Assembly: GCA_018920305.1 (NCBI GenBank)
Contig: JAHLMO010000001.1
Coordinates: forward strand, 11,473-75,472
Direction of reading: 5' to 3'
DNA: 64,000 bases
DNA from: Candidatus Aenigmatarchaeota archaeon
GTDB taxonomy: Archaea; Aenigmatarchaeota; Aenigmatarchaeia; CG10238-14; SpSt-28
The notes under the pieces are model-generated. The model was not told the DNA's origin and ran no database searches. It worked only from the letters and a program-made list of their open reading frames with translations. Each line of letters opens with the position of its first letter. The first letter of the stretch is position 1. The translations under genes and the position numbers were made by a program. This document shows, in pieces, positions 1 through 8,891 of this stretch.

Positions 1-606
1 ATCTAAAATCTTTAAAGCAAAGGATTTTATAAATTCTAATAATTCGTCACTTACTTCACTTCCAACACTTTTTAAAGCTAATTCTTTATCTACACTTTCT
101 CTTTTTGGATTTTTTGCTAGATTTTTAACAAATTTTTCTAATGAAGTTTCTTTTTCGACATATTCTGGAAAATATATTTGATAAATTCTTCTTAACCTTT
201 CTACCAATAAATTGATAATTTTTTCATTATCTTCTATCGCTTGAATTAATTGAGAAATTATTCTATCTAATACTCTTTGCTCAGCCTCTAATTTTAATAA
301 TTTTTCACTAATTTTTTTACTTCTTTCAATAATTTCTTCTCTCGAAATTTTCAAATTATTTACTAGAAAATTTAAAATTGTTTCACTAAAATCTTTTGGT
401 TCATACTTATAACCAAATTTTGGGTATGTAAAAATAATTTCTTCGCCTAAATCTTTAATAAATTCTTTTTCAAAATCACTTAATTCTTGTTTTTTAATTT
501 CTAAAATTAAATTTATTTGATTTTCATCAAAGAGTTTATACTTTACTATTTCGTTTTTTTCATTAATTGCATAAATTCCTATTGCATTTATTGAAATGTA
601 TATCAT
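1..606 (-). CDS. Nop5/Nop56-58 family C/D-box snoRNP protein, N-terminal part. The gene runs off the window start.
   Basis: The reverse-strand ORF starts with ATG at 604-606 and is open to position 1. Its translation (MIYISINAIGIYAINEKNEIV... LLVERLRRIYQIYFPEYVEKE...) contains the Nop-domain block resembling LREWYxWHFPEL of Nop5/Nop56/58. Confidence 0.5.
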   Translation of the reverse strand, partial: MIYISINAIGIYAINEKNEIVKYKLFDENQINLILEIKKQELSDFEKEFIKDLGEEIIFTYPKFGYKYEPKDFSETILNFLVNNLKISREEIIERSKKISEKLLKLEAEQRVLDRIISQLIQAIEDNEKIINLLVERLRRIYQIYFPEYVEKETSLEKFVKNLAKNPKRESVDKELALKSVGSEVSDELLEFIKSFALKILD

Positions 607-634
607 AAAAATATAACAGCATAAATTTAAAATT

Positions 635-862
635 ATGGATACTCTGTTTTTAATAGGCTTAGGTTTAATTTTTATTGGAATATTCCTTATAATTTTATCA
701 GTATTTTTGAATAGTAAAAAAGAGGGAAAAAGTGAAAGTGGTTTTGTAATAGTTGTTTGGCCCTTTTTTGTTGCTGGTGGAAGTGAAAAAGTTGTACCAA
801 TTTTATTGATCTTAGCTATAATCTTATCGATTATTCTTTTCGCGTTCTTTCTCTTAAGATAG
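635..862 (+). CDS. Small hydrophobic hypothetical protein of 75 aa
   Basis: An ORF with two predicted TM-like hydrophobic stretches. It has no recognisable family and may be spurious. Confidence 0.25.
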   Translation: MDTLFLIGLGLIFIGIFLIILSVFLNSKKEGKSESGFVIVVWPFFVAGGSEKVVPILLILAIILSIILFAFFLLR

Positions 863-954
863 TTAAGTTATATAAATCAGACACATTATAACTCTAGATC
901 TACTAATGAAAAAGAGCTTAAATTTTTAAATATTAAATTTTGGCAAACTAATTT

Positions 955-2001
955 ATGAAATTTATTATAGTCAGTAGATTAGAAAAAATTAAAAATATTG
1001 ATATTGTTATAAAAGTTTTTAACAAATTAAAAGACGATGAACTCTGGATAGTAGGAAAAGGAAAATATGAAAACGAATTAAAAAAACTAGCTAAAGCAAA
1101 AAATATAAAATTTTTTGGCTTCGTTGATGAAAAAACACTAAAAAAATTGTATAAAGAAGCAGATGTATGTATAATGCCACATATTAATGAACCTTTTGGA
1201 TTAGTTCCATATGAAATAGCAAAATTTGGTAAACCAAGTATTATTAGTAAATTAAGTGGAATCGCGGAATTAGCAAAAGAATATAAATTTGGACTAATTT
1301 TTGATCCTTATGATGAAAATGATTTATTAGAAAAAATTAAAACTATAAAAATTAAGAAGATTTATAGACAACTAAGTAAAAATGCCAATAATCTTAAAAA
1401 ATATATTAATCCCAATACCGAATTTAAAAAATTTTTAGAACACATACCAAAAAATACTAAAAGAATTCTAATAATTCATTCTCAGTTCATTGAAATTGGT
1501 GGAGCAGAAAAATCAATAATAGGAATGTACGAAAAACTTAAAAGAATTTATAATTGTGAAATCTATTTTGAAATAGATAAGAATTATAAAAAATGGAAAA
1601 TTTTATATAAATCGAAAATAAGGAAAATTACGTATATCTTTAGAATTTTTAATTCATTAAGCAATTTAATTAAAAAATTTAAAAATAATGATATAGTAAT
1701 TGTTTCACTAACTGGAAATATTTTATCTATACCAGCATATTGGTCAAGTCTAATTCTTGGTAATCTCATTAATAAAAAAATTATTATTTACTTACATGAA
1801 ATACCGATAAGTTTTCGATCTCTCACAAAAATCGAAAAAATTCTACTATTTCCAATAATTTTCTTAGACATTTTATTAACAAAAGTTTTAATTCAAAATA
1901 ATTATATAATAATAGCAAATTCTAAGTTTTTAAGAAAACATTTCATAAAGAGGTATAAAAAAACTGTAAAAGACATTATATATCCAATTTTTCACTTATA
2001 A
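955..2001 (+). CDS. GT-B (GT4-like) glycosyltransferase with its domains in an unusual order
   Basis: Residues 1-140 carry the GT4 C-terminal Rossmann-domain motifs (SRLxxxK..., FFGFVDEKTLKKLYKEADVCIMPHINEPFGLVPYEIAKFGKPSI). Residues about 160-348 look like a GT4 N-terminal domain (ILIIHSQFIEIGGAEK...). The domain order is the reverse of canonical. Confidence 0.55.
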   Translation: MKFIIVSRLEKIKNIDIVIKVFNKLKDDELWIVGKGKYENELKKLAKAKNIKFFGFVDEKTLKKLYKEADVCIMPHINEPFGLVPYEIAKFGKPSIISKLSGIAELAKEYKFGLIFDPYDENDLLEKIKTIKIKKIYRQLSKNANNLKKYINPNTEFKKFLEHIPKNTKRILIIHSQFIEIGGAEKSIIGMYEKLKRIYNCEIYFEIDKNYKKWKILYKSKIRKITYIFRIFNSLSNLIKKFKNNDIVIVSLTGNILSIPAYWSSLILGNLINKKIIIYLHEIPISFRSLTKIEKILLFPIIFLDILLTKVLIQNNYIIIANSKFLRKHFIKRYKKTVKDIIYPIFHL

Positions 2002-2063
2002 AATTCTTTTGTTCCTTAGAGTATTAAATTTAATTTCAAATTAAAAACGTTACTGTAAAATAG

Positions 2064-2807
2064 TTAAAAGAGTTTGGATTTAAAGTATAAAATATTTACA
2101 CTATCAGGATAATCGACTAAAACAAATCCTTTAAGATCAAACCCATTTTTAATAAATTTCTTAAATATTAATCTAGAAATTTCTAACGAATGACATTCTA
2201 TAATCCATTCAGGAATTTGCTTTATTAAATCGTCATCCACAGAAACTAGAAACTTTTCACAACCTTCGCAATCTATTTTAGCTATATCCGCTTTTTCCTT
2301 AATTGCCTTTTCTAAGACTTCTTTCCAACTTATACACTTAACTTTTATTTCTTTTGGTTTGTTTACTTTATTTTTAAATAGGGATAAACCACTAGATTCA
2401 TATTCGCTTTCCTCAACTATAAATTTCATTATGCCATTTTCTTTACAAACTGCATAAGGATATATTTCGCAGTTAATATCGAATTTTCTAATAATATTAT
2501 TAGCAAATTCTACATTTTCTTTAATTGGTTCATATGCTATAATCTTTTTGGCTCCAAGCTTATAAAAAAGTAAAATGCTATCTCCTATCCATGCACCAAC
2601 ATCTAAAACAACTCTATTTTTAAATTTTATTTTAAATTTTAAGTAATCCCTTACATCAGAAAATACATATCCGCTTAATAAAGAAATTTTATTATATTTA
2701 TTGTTAAGAAAACGAACTAACTCCAAATATTCTTTAAAAATTCTGTGCTCATCTTTAAAATAAATCTTTCTGTTCTTTTTACCTAAGCGCAACCCTATAA
2801 AATTCAA
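2064..2807 (-). CDS. FkbM-family SAM-dependent methyltransferase
   Basis: It has the VLDVGAWIGDS SAM-binding glycine motif, the block AKKIIAYEPIKENVEFA, and the conserved CEGCE of the FkbM / Methyltransf_21 family. Confidence 0.7.
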   Translation of the reverse strand: MNFIGLRLGKKNRKIYFKDEHRIFKEYLELVRFLNNKYNKISLLSGYVFSDVRDYLKFKIKFKNRVVLDVGAWIGDSILLFYKLGAKKIIAYEPIKENVEFANNIIRKFDINCEIYPYAVCKENGIMKFIVEESEYESSGLSLFKNKVNKPKEIKVKCISWKEVLEKAIKEKADIAKIDCEGCEKFLVSVDDDLIKQIPEWIIECHSLEISRLIFKKFIKNGFDLKGFVLVDYPDSVNILYFKSKLF

Positions 2808-2848
2808 CAGGTTATTTATTACATACTCTTTTTTACTTATTGAGATTG

Positions 2849-3448
2849 CTACACCTTATTTTTTAATTCAATTAATTTTTCCAAAATCAAATTAATGGCT
2901 TCTTCAAATAATTCCTCTGGCTTATAAAAACTTGTTGTTTCAATATTAAAAATAAATTCTGAATCATTATAAGAATATCCGCAATTTCCTGCTTGCCATT
3001 TTGCATGCTCTTTTCCTAAACCAAGCTGAGCAATAGCTTCTAATTCTAATTCTTCGTCTTCGTTTAAATAAGTAATTGGAATTTTATCATATAATGGCTT
3101 AACTTTTTCATCACTACTTTTTAAATCTCCACTATAAACATATCCTGGTCCTTTTTTATAAAGATATAATTTTACTTGACATTTTACACAACCTTTTCCT
3201 TCACAATCGCATTTATTTGGTAAAGTATGAAAATTCTTATCAAAAGTTAGTGGAATTAAACCTAATCTATGAGCAATTGCTTCATCTGGCAAAACGCTAT
3301 CGTTTTTATAAAAATCTACCCATTCAATAGCCATCGTAGGTATTTCTGCAATTATAACTCTTCTTATTATAGCTGCAATTCCTGGAGTAATTCCCTTTAC
3401 TTTAAGCTTTATTTCATCTCTATTTTTTTCTATTACTTCAATTTCCAT
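2849..3448 (-). CDS. rpoD: DNA-directed RNA polymerase subunit D (Rpo3/Rpb3 homolog)
   Basis: The N-terminus ...LKVKGITPGIAAIIRRVIIAEIPTMAIEWVDFYKNDSVLPDEAIAHRLGLIPL matches the Rpb3/RpoD dimerisation domain. An internal Cys cluster (CDCEGKGCVKC) is typical of archaeal subunit D. Confidence 0.7.
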   Translation of the reverse strand: MEIEVIEKNRDEIKLKVKGITPGIAAIIRRVIIAEIPTMAIEWVDFYKNDSVLPDEAIAHRLGLIPLTFDKNFHTLPNKCDCEGKGCVKCQVKLYLYKKGPGYVYSGDLKSSDEKVKPLYDKIPITYLNEDEELELEAIAQLGLGKEHAKWQAGNCGYSYNDSEFIFNIETTSFYKPEELFEEAINLILEKLIELKNKV

Positions 3449-3480
3449 AAACTATTTCATTTAAACTTTAAATAATTATG

Positions 3481-3595
3481 CGGGGGTCGCCTAGCCTGGG
3501 CAAGGGCGGCGGGCTCAAGATAGAATTGAGCTTTGAATAATGATAAGAAACCCGCTGGCTTAGTGCCTTCGTGGGTTCAAATCCCACCCCCCGCA
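3481..3595 (+). tRNA. tRNA-Leu(CAA) with an intron of about 30 nt in the anticodon loop
   Basis: A GC-rich island in AT-rich DNA. It has the acceptor pair GCGGGGG/CCCCCGC, the anticodon stem GCGGG/CCCGC with loop CTCAAGA, and a 30-nt insert at the canonical 37/38 position. The long variable arm TGGCTTAGTGCCTTC is of the class II Leu type, and the T-arm is GTGGG-TTCAAAT-CCCAC. Confidence 0.85.
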
Positions 3596-3618
3596 AATTA
3601 TTCAAATTTTTTATATTT

Positions 3619-4098
3619 CTATATTTCTATGTTTTTAATTAAATAATAAGCTAAATGTGTTTTCAAATCTTTAGATTCTTTCAGTTTTTCTACATCAAAA
3701 ATTCTTATTTCTTTAATTTCTTTTCTATTAAAATCTCTAACTTTTTTCAAATCGTATGCCAAGAAAAAATAAAACTTTTCATTAGAAATTCCAGGAGTAA
3801 CATAAAAACTTCCAATTTTTTTAATTTTTCCAATATAGCCAGTTTCTTCTAACAATTCTCTTTTAGCAGCTATATATTCGCTTTCGTTCCTTTCTATTTT
3901 TCCAGCAGGTAATTCCCACAAGTTTTTTCTAATAGGAAATCTATACTGTTTAACTAAAATTACCTTATTTTTATCTATTAAAGGTATTATTACAACAGCT
4001 TTAGAAACTTTTATAAATTCTATAGTTTTGTTTTCTAATTCATAAACAAAAAAAGAAATTTTATTACCTTCAAATTTTAATTTTAGAAATTTTTTCAT
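3619..4098 (-). CDS. Nudix hydrolase (ADP-ribose pyrophosphatase-like)
   Basis: The Nudix box is present: ELPAGKIERNESEYIAAKRELLEETG (Gx5Ex7REUxEExGU). Confidence 0.8.
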   Translation of the reverse strand: MKKFLKLKFEGNKISFFVYELENKTIEFIKVSKAVVIIPLIDKNKVILVKQYRFPIRKNLWELPAGKIERNESEYIAAKRELLEETGYIGKIKKIGSFYVTPGISNEKFYFFLAYDLKKVRDFNRKEIKEIRIFDVEKLKESKDLKTHLAYYLIKNIEI

Positions 4099-4502
4099 TT
4101 TTTACCTAAAATTTCTATTATAACTTTTCTTTCTCTGCTTCTATCTAATTCGATAAGTAATATTCTTTGCCAAGTACCTCTTATTAACTCACTATCTTTT
4201 ATTGGAAAAATTAAGAACTGTTTTAAATAGGAAGATGCTAAATGTGCTGATGCATTATCATCTATAAAATTATGTCTCCAATTACCTTCAAAATCTTTTT
4301 TTATTTTTTCAATTATATCTTCTTTTAAATTTTCCTCGTTTTCATTAGCTATTAAGCAAGTAGTTGCATGTGGTAAAAATATTAAGCAAATTCCCTCTTT
4401 AATATTTGAATTCCTTACAAAATTTTCTACTTCATTAGTTAAATCTACTATTTCATATTTTCTTTTTGTTTTAATGGTAAATTCTTTAAAAATAATTTCC
4501 AT
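4095..4502 (-). CDS. YjbQ/UPF0047 family protein (secondary thiamine-phosphate synthase-like)
   Basis: A 135-aa protein with the family-like blocks ICLIFLPHATTCLIANENE and GNWRHN...DNASAHLASS. Confidence 0.6.
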   Translation of the reverse strand: MEIIFKEFTIKTKRKYEIVDLTNEVENFVRNSNIKEGICLIFLPHATTCLIANENEENLKEDIIEKIKKDFEGNWRHNFIDDNASAHLASSYLKQFLIFPIKDSELIRGTWQRILLIELDRSRERKVIIEILGKK

Positions 4503-4511
4503 AAAAATTTA

Positions 4512-5387
4512 ATGAAGTTAGAAGAATATTTTGAAGAATATAAAAAGAGATTTGATAAACTAAAGAAAATTTCAGAAGAAGTTTGGAATTATATTGATAA
4601 GAATATAGAAAATGCTAATATATTAGAATTAGCAAAAAATATAGAAGAAAAAATAAAAGAATTAGGAGCAAAGCCAGCTTTTCCTGTAAATATTTCAATT
4701 AATGAAATCGCCGCCCATTATACGCCAGAGGAAAATTTCTACATAGATTTAGAAAAACATATGGTAAAAATAGATTTTGGAATTCATATAGATGGTTATA
4801 TTTTTGATACTGCAAAAACATACTATAAAGGAATTCATCAAGAAATTATAGAAGCAACAAAAAAAGCCTTTGAAGAGAGTTTAAAAGAAATAAAAAGCGG
4901 AAATAAAATAAATATTCCTGGAAAAATCGTAGAAGAAATTGCTAGCGAATATAAATTAAAACCTATAAGAAATTTAGGCGGACATGGATTAGGATATTTT
5001 AAAATTCATGATAAACCTAGTATATTAAATACATTTTTTAAAACAGAAGAAGAGTTTATAAGTGGAATGCCGATTGCTTGGGAAGTTTTTATAACAAACG
5101 GAAATGGATATGTAAAAGATAGTTATCCAGCTTTAATATTTGAAATCAAAAACATAGATAAAATAAATTTGATTAGAGTCGCAGAATTGAGAAAAATAAT
5201 AGAACATGCTTATAAAGAATTTAAAACTTTACCTTTTGCAAAAAGATGGCTAAATTTTGAAAAAAATTTAGTTGAATTAGCAATTAATGAAGGTGTAAAG
5301 AAAGATATAATATATGAATATTCTGTTTTAAAAGAATCTAAAAATTCTTTTGTTGCTCAATTTGAAACTACTATTATAGTAGAATAA
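4512..5387 (+). CDS. map: Methionine aminopeptidase, archaeal type 2
   Basis: It shows the M24 pita-bread motifs: AAHYTP, FGIHIDGYIFDTAKT, GGHGLGYFKIHDKP. Its length of about 291 aa is typical of archaeal MetAP. Confidence 0.85.
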   Translation: MKLEEYFEEYKKRFDKLKKISEEVWNYIDKNIENANILELAKNIEEKIKELGAKPAFPVNISINEIAAHYTPEENFYIDLEKHMVKIDFGIHIDGYIFDTAKTYYKGIHQEIIEATKKAFEESLKEIKSGNKINIPGKIVEEIASEYKLKPIRNLGGHGLGYFKIHDKPSILNTFFKTEEEFISGMPIAWEVFITNGNGYVKDSYPALIFEIKNIDKINLIRVAELRKIIEHAYKEFKTLPFAKRWLNFEKNLVELAINEGVKKDIIYEYSVLKESKNSFVAQFETTIIVE

Positions 5388-5819
5388 AATTAAAATTACA
5401 TATAAAATTATTGGTTGAAAAATGTTTTGAAAATTATAAAAATAGAAATCTAAATTTATTTCAAAATTTAATATTAAAAATATTTCAAAAATTATTCGAA
5501 AGAAATTTTGAAAATAAGCCAAAAATAAAAATAAAAAAATTAGCTTAAATTTTTTTCTTAATAAAAAAAACGGAAATATTAATAAAAAAGATGAAATTTT
5601 TAAACAATCTTTTGAAATTACAAATTCTATGTTATTTATATAAATTTTTTCGTTGACTCTAGTTATTTCAGAAAAATAAAAATTTAAGAATTTTTCGATG
5701 ATCATCGCATTTAAAATTTGAAAATAAAAAATATCTAAATAATCAAAAAGATAAACTAAGAATATTCCTATACTTAACGATATTAATATTTCAAAATACT
5801 TAGTAATTTTTCTTTCCAT
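5328..5819 (-). CDS. Hypothetical polytopic membrane protein of 163 aa
   Basis: A long ORF in a roughly 80% AT region, which is unlikely by chance given AT-rich stop codons. It is strongly hydrophobic with no recognisable family, and it overlaps the ends of both flanking genes. Confidence 0.3.
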   Translation of the reverse strand: MERKITKYFEILISLSIGIFLVYLFDYLDIFYFQILNAMIIEKFLNFYFSEITRVNEKIYINNIEFVISKDCLKISSFLLIFPFFLLRKKFKLIFLFLFLAYFQNFFRIIFEIFLILNFEINLDFYFYNFQNIFQPIILYVILILFYYNSSFKLSNKRIFRFF

Positions 5820-6736
5820 TTGTTTTTTAAATACTCTAATTTAATTTTTCCAATTTTTTCATATTTTGATGTATCATCAAAAATTAATTTGAAGTTCCAG
5901 ATATTTTCTATATTTTTATCAGTTATTACAAATTCAACTCCTAAATTCTCTATTATATAAAATTTTTCTATTTGATTTGATACAATAGCGAAATTATTTA
6001 TATATTGCTTAATAATTTTTAGGAAATCTTCATTAATTTCTTCTATCTTTAAATATGGAATTTCATTATCTTCTAACTTTAATTTCAAAATTTCTATAAC
6101 AGTTTTTAAAGCTTCGTTTTCTATTTCTAATTTTCTATCTCTTACTTCTCTAAATTCAATTATCTTTCTTTCTATTATTCTTTTATTTTTTAATTCTTCA
6201 ATCAAATCTTTTAATTTTTTGTTTTCTTCTTTTAGAATTTTTATTTTTTCTACTAATCTTTTAACATCTGTTGAATTGTAACTTTTGTAATTTTTTATAA
6301 GCTCTTTATTATCTTTATCTTTATTTGAATCATTTTTTTCGATTAAATTTTTTGTCTCAACTTTTTTATTCAATAATTTTTTTCTTAAAAATTTCATAGC
6401 TACTATTGCTGAAAATATTGCATCTCTTTCATGCCAATTATTATAAGAATAATTCGATGTTAACTTTTGTTTTTTGCTTTCTCTTACATTTTCTTTAGGA
6501 TGAAAAACTTTAACTCCTAAAGACTTTGAAATTTTTATTATTTTTTTTGGAACTTTAGCTACATCACAAGAAATTAATAAAGGCTTTCCAAATTTTATTA
6601 TATCATCTATCATTTCACTTATTTTATATTCTTTTTTACTTTTTAAAAATAATACATTAAGATTTTTATCTAAAATACAAATTGCAGAAGTTGTACCGAT
6701 ATCAATACCTACAACTATTTCATTCTGAATATTCAT
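5783..6736 (-). CDS. RNase H-like fold protein (DUF460/COG2433-type) with a long C-terminal coiled coil
   Basis: The N-terminus IVVGIDIGTTSAICILD is an RNase H-like or YqgF-like start. The C-terminal 120 aa form a heptad-repeat coiled coil (KILKEENKKLKDLIEELKNK...). Confidence 0.4.
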   Translation of the reverse strand: MNIQNEIVVGIDIGTTSAICILDKNLNVLFLKSKKEYKISEMIDDIIKFGKPLLISCDVAKVPKKIIKISKSLGVKVFHPKENVRESKKQKLTSNYSYNNWHERDAIFSAIVAMKFLRKKLLNKKVETKNLIEKNDSNKDKDNKELIKNYKSYNSTDVKRLVEKIKILKEENKKLKDLIEELKNKRIIERKIIEFREVRDRKLEIENEALKTVIEILKLKLEDNEIPYLKIEEINEDFLKIIKQYINNFAIVSNQIEKFYIIENLGVEFVITDKNIENIWNFKLIFDDTSKYEKIGKIKLEYLKNKWKEKLLSILKY

Positions 6737-7364
6737 AATTTATTATTTTTAAGAATTTTTTAGCTCTCTTTTCGCCTAAAATATCTACTAACTTATGTTT
6801 CTCTGCATTAATAAAATTTTTTATTGATTTAAACTTTTTTAAAATTTTTTCTGCTGTTTTATATGAAACTCCAGGAAAATTAATTAAAATTGAAATTATT
6901 AATTTTTTCATTTCTTCTTGATTTTTCTTAATTTTTCTTTTAGCTTTAGGTAAAACTATAAAATCTGAGGAATATTTTTTACATATTTTTATTAATAATT
7001 TTGCAGTTTCGTAAATGTTTTCTGTAAATATTACTGAAATATTTGTAGATGCTAAAATTTTGCTTAAAATTCCATAAAAAATCTCTTTTTTATCCTCCTC
7101 TATATAACTTCCTTCTAATATTAAAATATACTTTTTAAATTCGTTTTTATTTTCTATTTGCTCGAAAATTCTTTTATCAAATGTCGAATTTAAAAAATCT
7201 TTGTATGTTTTTCTTTCAATTGCAATATCCCCTATTATAAAATCAACATTTAAATTTTCTTCAATTACATTTATTTCTTTTTCATTTTTTAAAATTTCAA
7301 TTATTTCTTTCTCTCTATAATCTGCGATTATTATTGGTTTTTGAACTAATAATTTTTGTATCAT
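6720..7364 (-). CDS. hef: Hef/XPF-family ERCC4 nuclease domain plus HhH2, encoded as a separate ORF
   Basis: The ERCC4 motifs ADYREKE and GDIAIERKTYKDF are present, and the C-terminal HhH region reads ...FPGVSYKTAEKILKKF. Its start codon overlaps the stop of the upstream helicase ORF (TAATG). Confidence 0.8.
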   Translation of the reverse strand: MIQKLLVQKPIIIADYREKEIIEILKNEKEINVIEENLNVDFIIGDIAIERKTYKDFLNSTFDKRIFEQIENKNEFKKYILILEGSYIEEDKKEIFYGILSKILASTNISVIFTENIYETAKLLIKICKKYSSDFIVLPKAKRKIKKNQEEMKKLIISILINFPGVSYKTAEKILKKFKSIKNFINAEKHKLVDILGEKRAKKFLKIINYEYSE

Positions 7365-8884
7365 TAGTTATTATTCATCAATTCTTTCTTTATATCCATA
7401 ATTATTTTTCTCATTCTTTTTTCTTTATGAAATGCAGACCAATAATATGCTTCGTCTCTTGTATTTTTTGTTATTAAAATTATAACTTTTCCATGTTCTT
7501 GTCTTCCAACTCTTCCTCTTCTTTGAATAGCTCTTATTTCACTAGGAACAGGCTCATAAAATATTGCATAATCTGTTTTTGGAATATCTAAACCTTCTTC
7601 TCCAACACTAGAACAAACTAATACATTATAAATTCCATGAGCAAAATTTCTAATTACTTCGGCTTGTTCTTTTTGTGTCATTCCATCATACTTATCTCTC
7701 TTTGCTTGTCCAACAAGCTTTGCAACTTTTATACCTTTTGATTTTAATTCATTATATATAAATTCTACTGTAGCTCTATAATTTGCAAAAACGATAATTT
7801 TTACATTTTGATTTTGAGAAATTAAAAATTTAATTATTTCTTCTAATTTTTCTAATTTTGGATGTGGTAATTTTTTATTAACATAATCTCTAACTATACT
7901 TTCTGCAATTTTTATTCTTATATCATTAACTAAAGCTCTTTCATATATTTTATTACTGTTTTTTAATTTTTCCAAATATTCTAAAAAATAAACAGAACTT
8001 TGAGTTTCTATTAATTCTAACAAATATTCAACTTTAATTAATTGAAGTAACTTAAACAAGATTTCTCTAAATATTTTTTTATCCAAAATTTCTGATTTTC
8101 CTAAAAATTCTTCATAGACTTTTATTAACTCTTTTTTTGTAATATCTTCGCTATTTAATATTCCTAAATTTTTTAAATTTTTTATTAATTCATTTCTAAC
8201 TTTTTCAATTTCTTCTTTAGCTCTTTTTATTTCGTTTGGTAACTCTACAGAAACAAAAATTTTTTCTATTTTTTTAATATAGGGTCTAATATCTTTATCG
8301 TATTCGCTTCTAATTTCAATATACTCTATATTCAAATGATTTTTTATTTCTTCAATTCTTTCTTTTTCACTTCCTGGAGAAGCAGTTAATGCTAATATTA
8401 AAGGAAATTTTGATTGCTCTAAATATTTTTTTGCAACATATGTATATGAATATTCTTTTACACATCTGTGAGCTTCATCAAAAATTATTAAGCTAAAATC
8501 ATTAAGATTTAATATATTTTCTTCTAAATCGTTTTGAATGGTTTGTGGAGTTGCAATTATTATTTTTGCAAATTTATATAAAAATTTTCTATCTTCTTTT
8601 GGAATTTTTCCTGTAATATCAACAATTCTATTTCTATCTATTTTAAAAAGTTTTCTAAAAGTTTCTGTATGTTGTAAAACAAGTGGTCTCGTTGGAGCTA
8701 GCATCATTATTTTGCTTTCTGGATATTTCATTAATCTATTTGCAGCAACAATTATAGCTATAATTGTTTTACCTGTTCCTGTTGGTAAAATAACTAATGA
8801 ATTTCCCTTAATAGCTGTATTAGCAATATTTATTTGATATTCTCTAATTTCAATTAGTTCTGTTCTTAATAGATCGCTTATCAT
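7364..8884 (-). CDS. hef: Hef helicase domain (SF2 DEAH-box helicase, ERCC4-type)
   Basis: Walker A is LVILPTGTGKT and the DEAH box is IIFDEAHRC. Helicase C motifs include LVGQAK...QRRGRVGR. The ORF ends where the nuclease ORF begins. Confidence 0.85.
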   Translation of the reverse strand: MISDLLRTELIEIREYQINIANTAIKGNSLVILPTGTGKTIIAIIVAANRLMKYPESKIMMLAPTRPLVLQHTETFRKLFKIDRNRIVDITGKIPKEDRKFLYKFAKIIIATPQTIQNDLEENILNLNDFSLIIFDEAHRCVKEYSYTYVAKKYLEQSKFPLILALTASPGSEKERIEEIKNHLNIEYIEIRSEYDKDIRPYIKKIEKIFVSVELPNEIKRAKEEIEKVRNELIKNLKNLGILNSEDITKKELIKVYEEFLGKSEILDKKIFREILFKLLQLIKVEYLLELIETQSSVYFLEYLEKLKNSNKIYERALVNDIRIKIAESIVRDYVNKKLPHPKLEKLEEIIKFLISQNQNVKIIVFANYRATVEFIYNELKSKGIKVAKLVGQAKRDKYDGMTQKEQAEVIRNFAHGIYNVLVCSSVGEEGLDIPKTDYAIFYEPVPSEIRAIQRRGRVGRQEHGKVIILITKNTRDEAYYWSAFHKEKRMRKIIMDIKKELMNNN

Positions 8885-8891
8885 TAAATAT

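Noticed and set aside
3460-3480. A TATA box for tRNA-Leu (TTTAAATA at about 3466-3473)
   Set aside because: It is only 8 bp from the mature 5' end. The genome is so AT-rich that TATA-like strings occur everywhere, so it is not specific enough to call.
8538-8837. A 99-aa plus-strand ORF inside the Hef helicase gene
   Set aside because: It is an antisense hydrophobic artefact, and the helicase frame has clear motifs.
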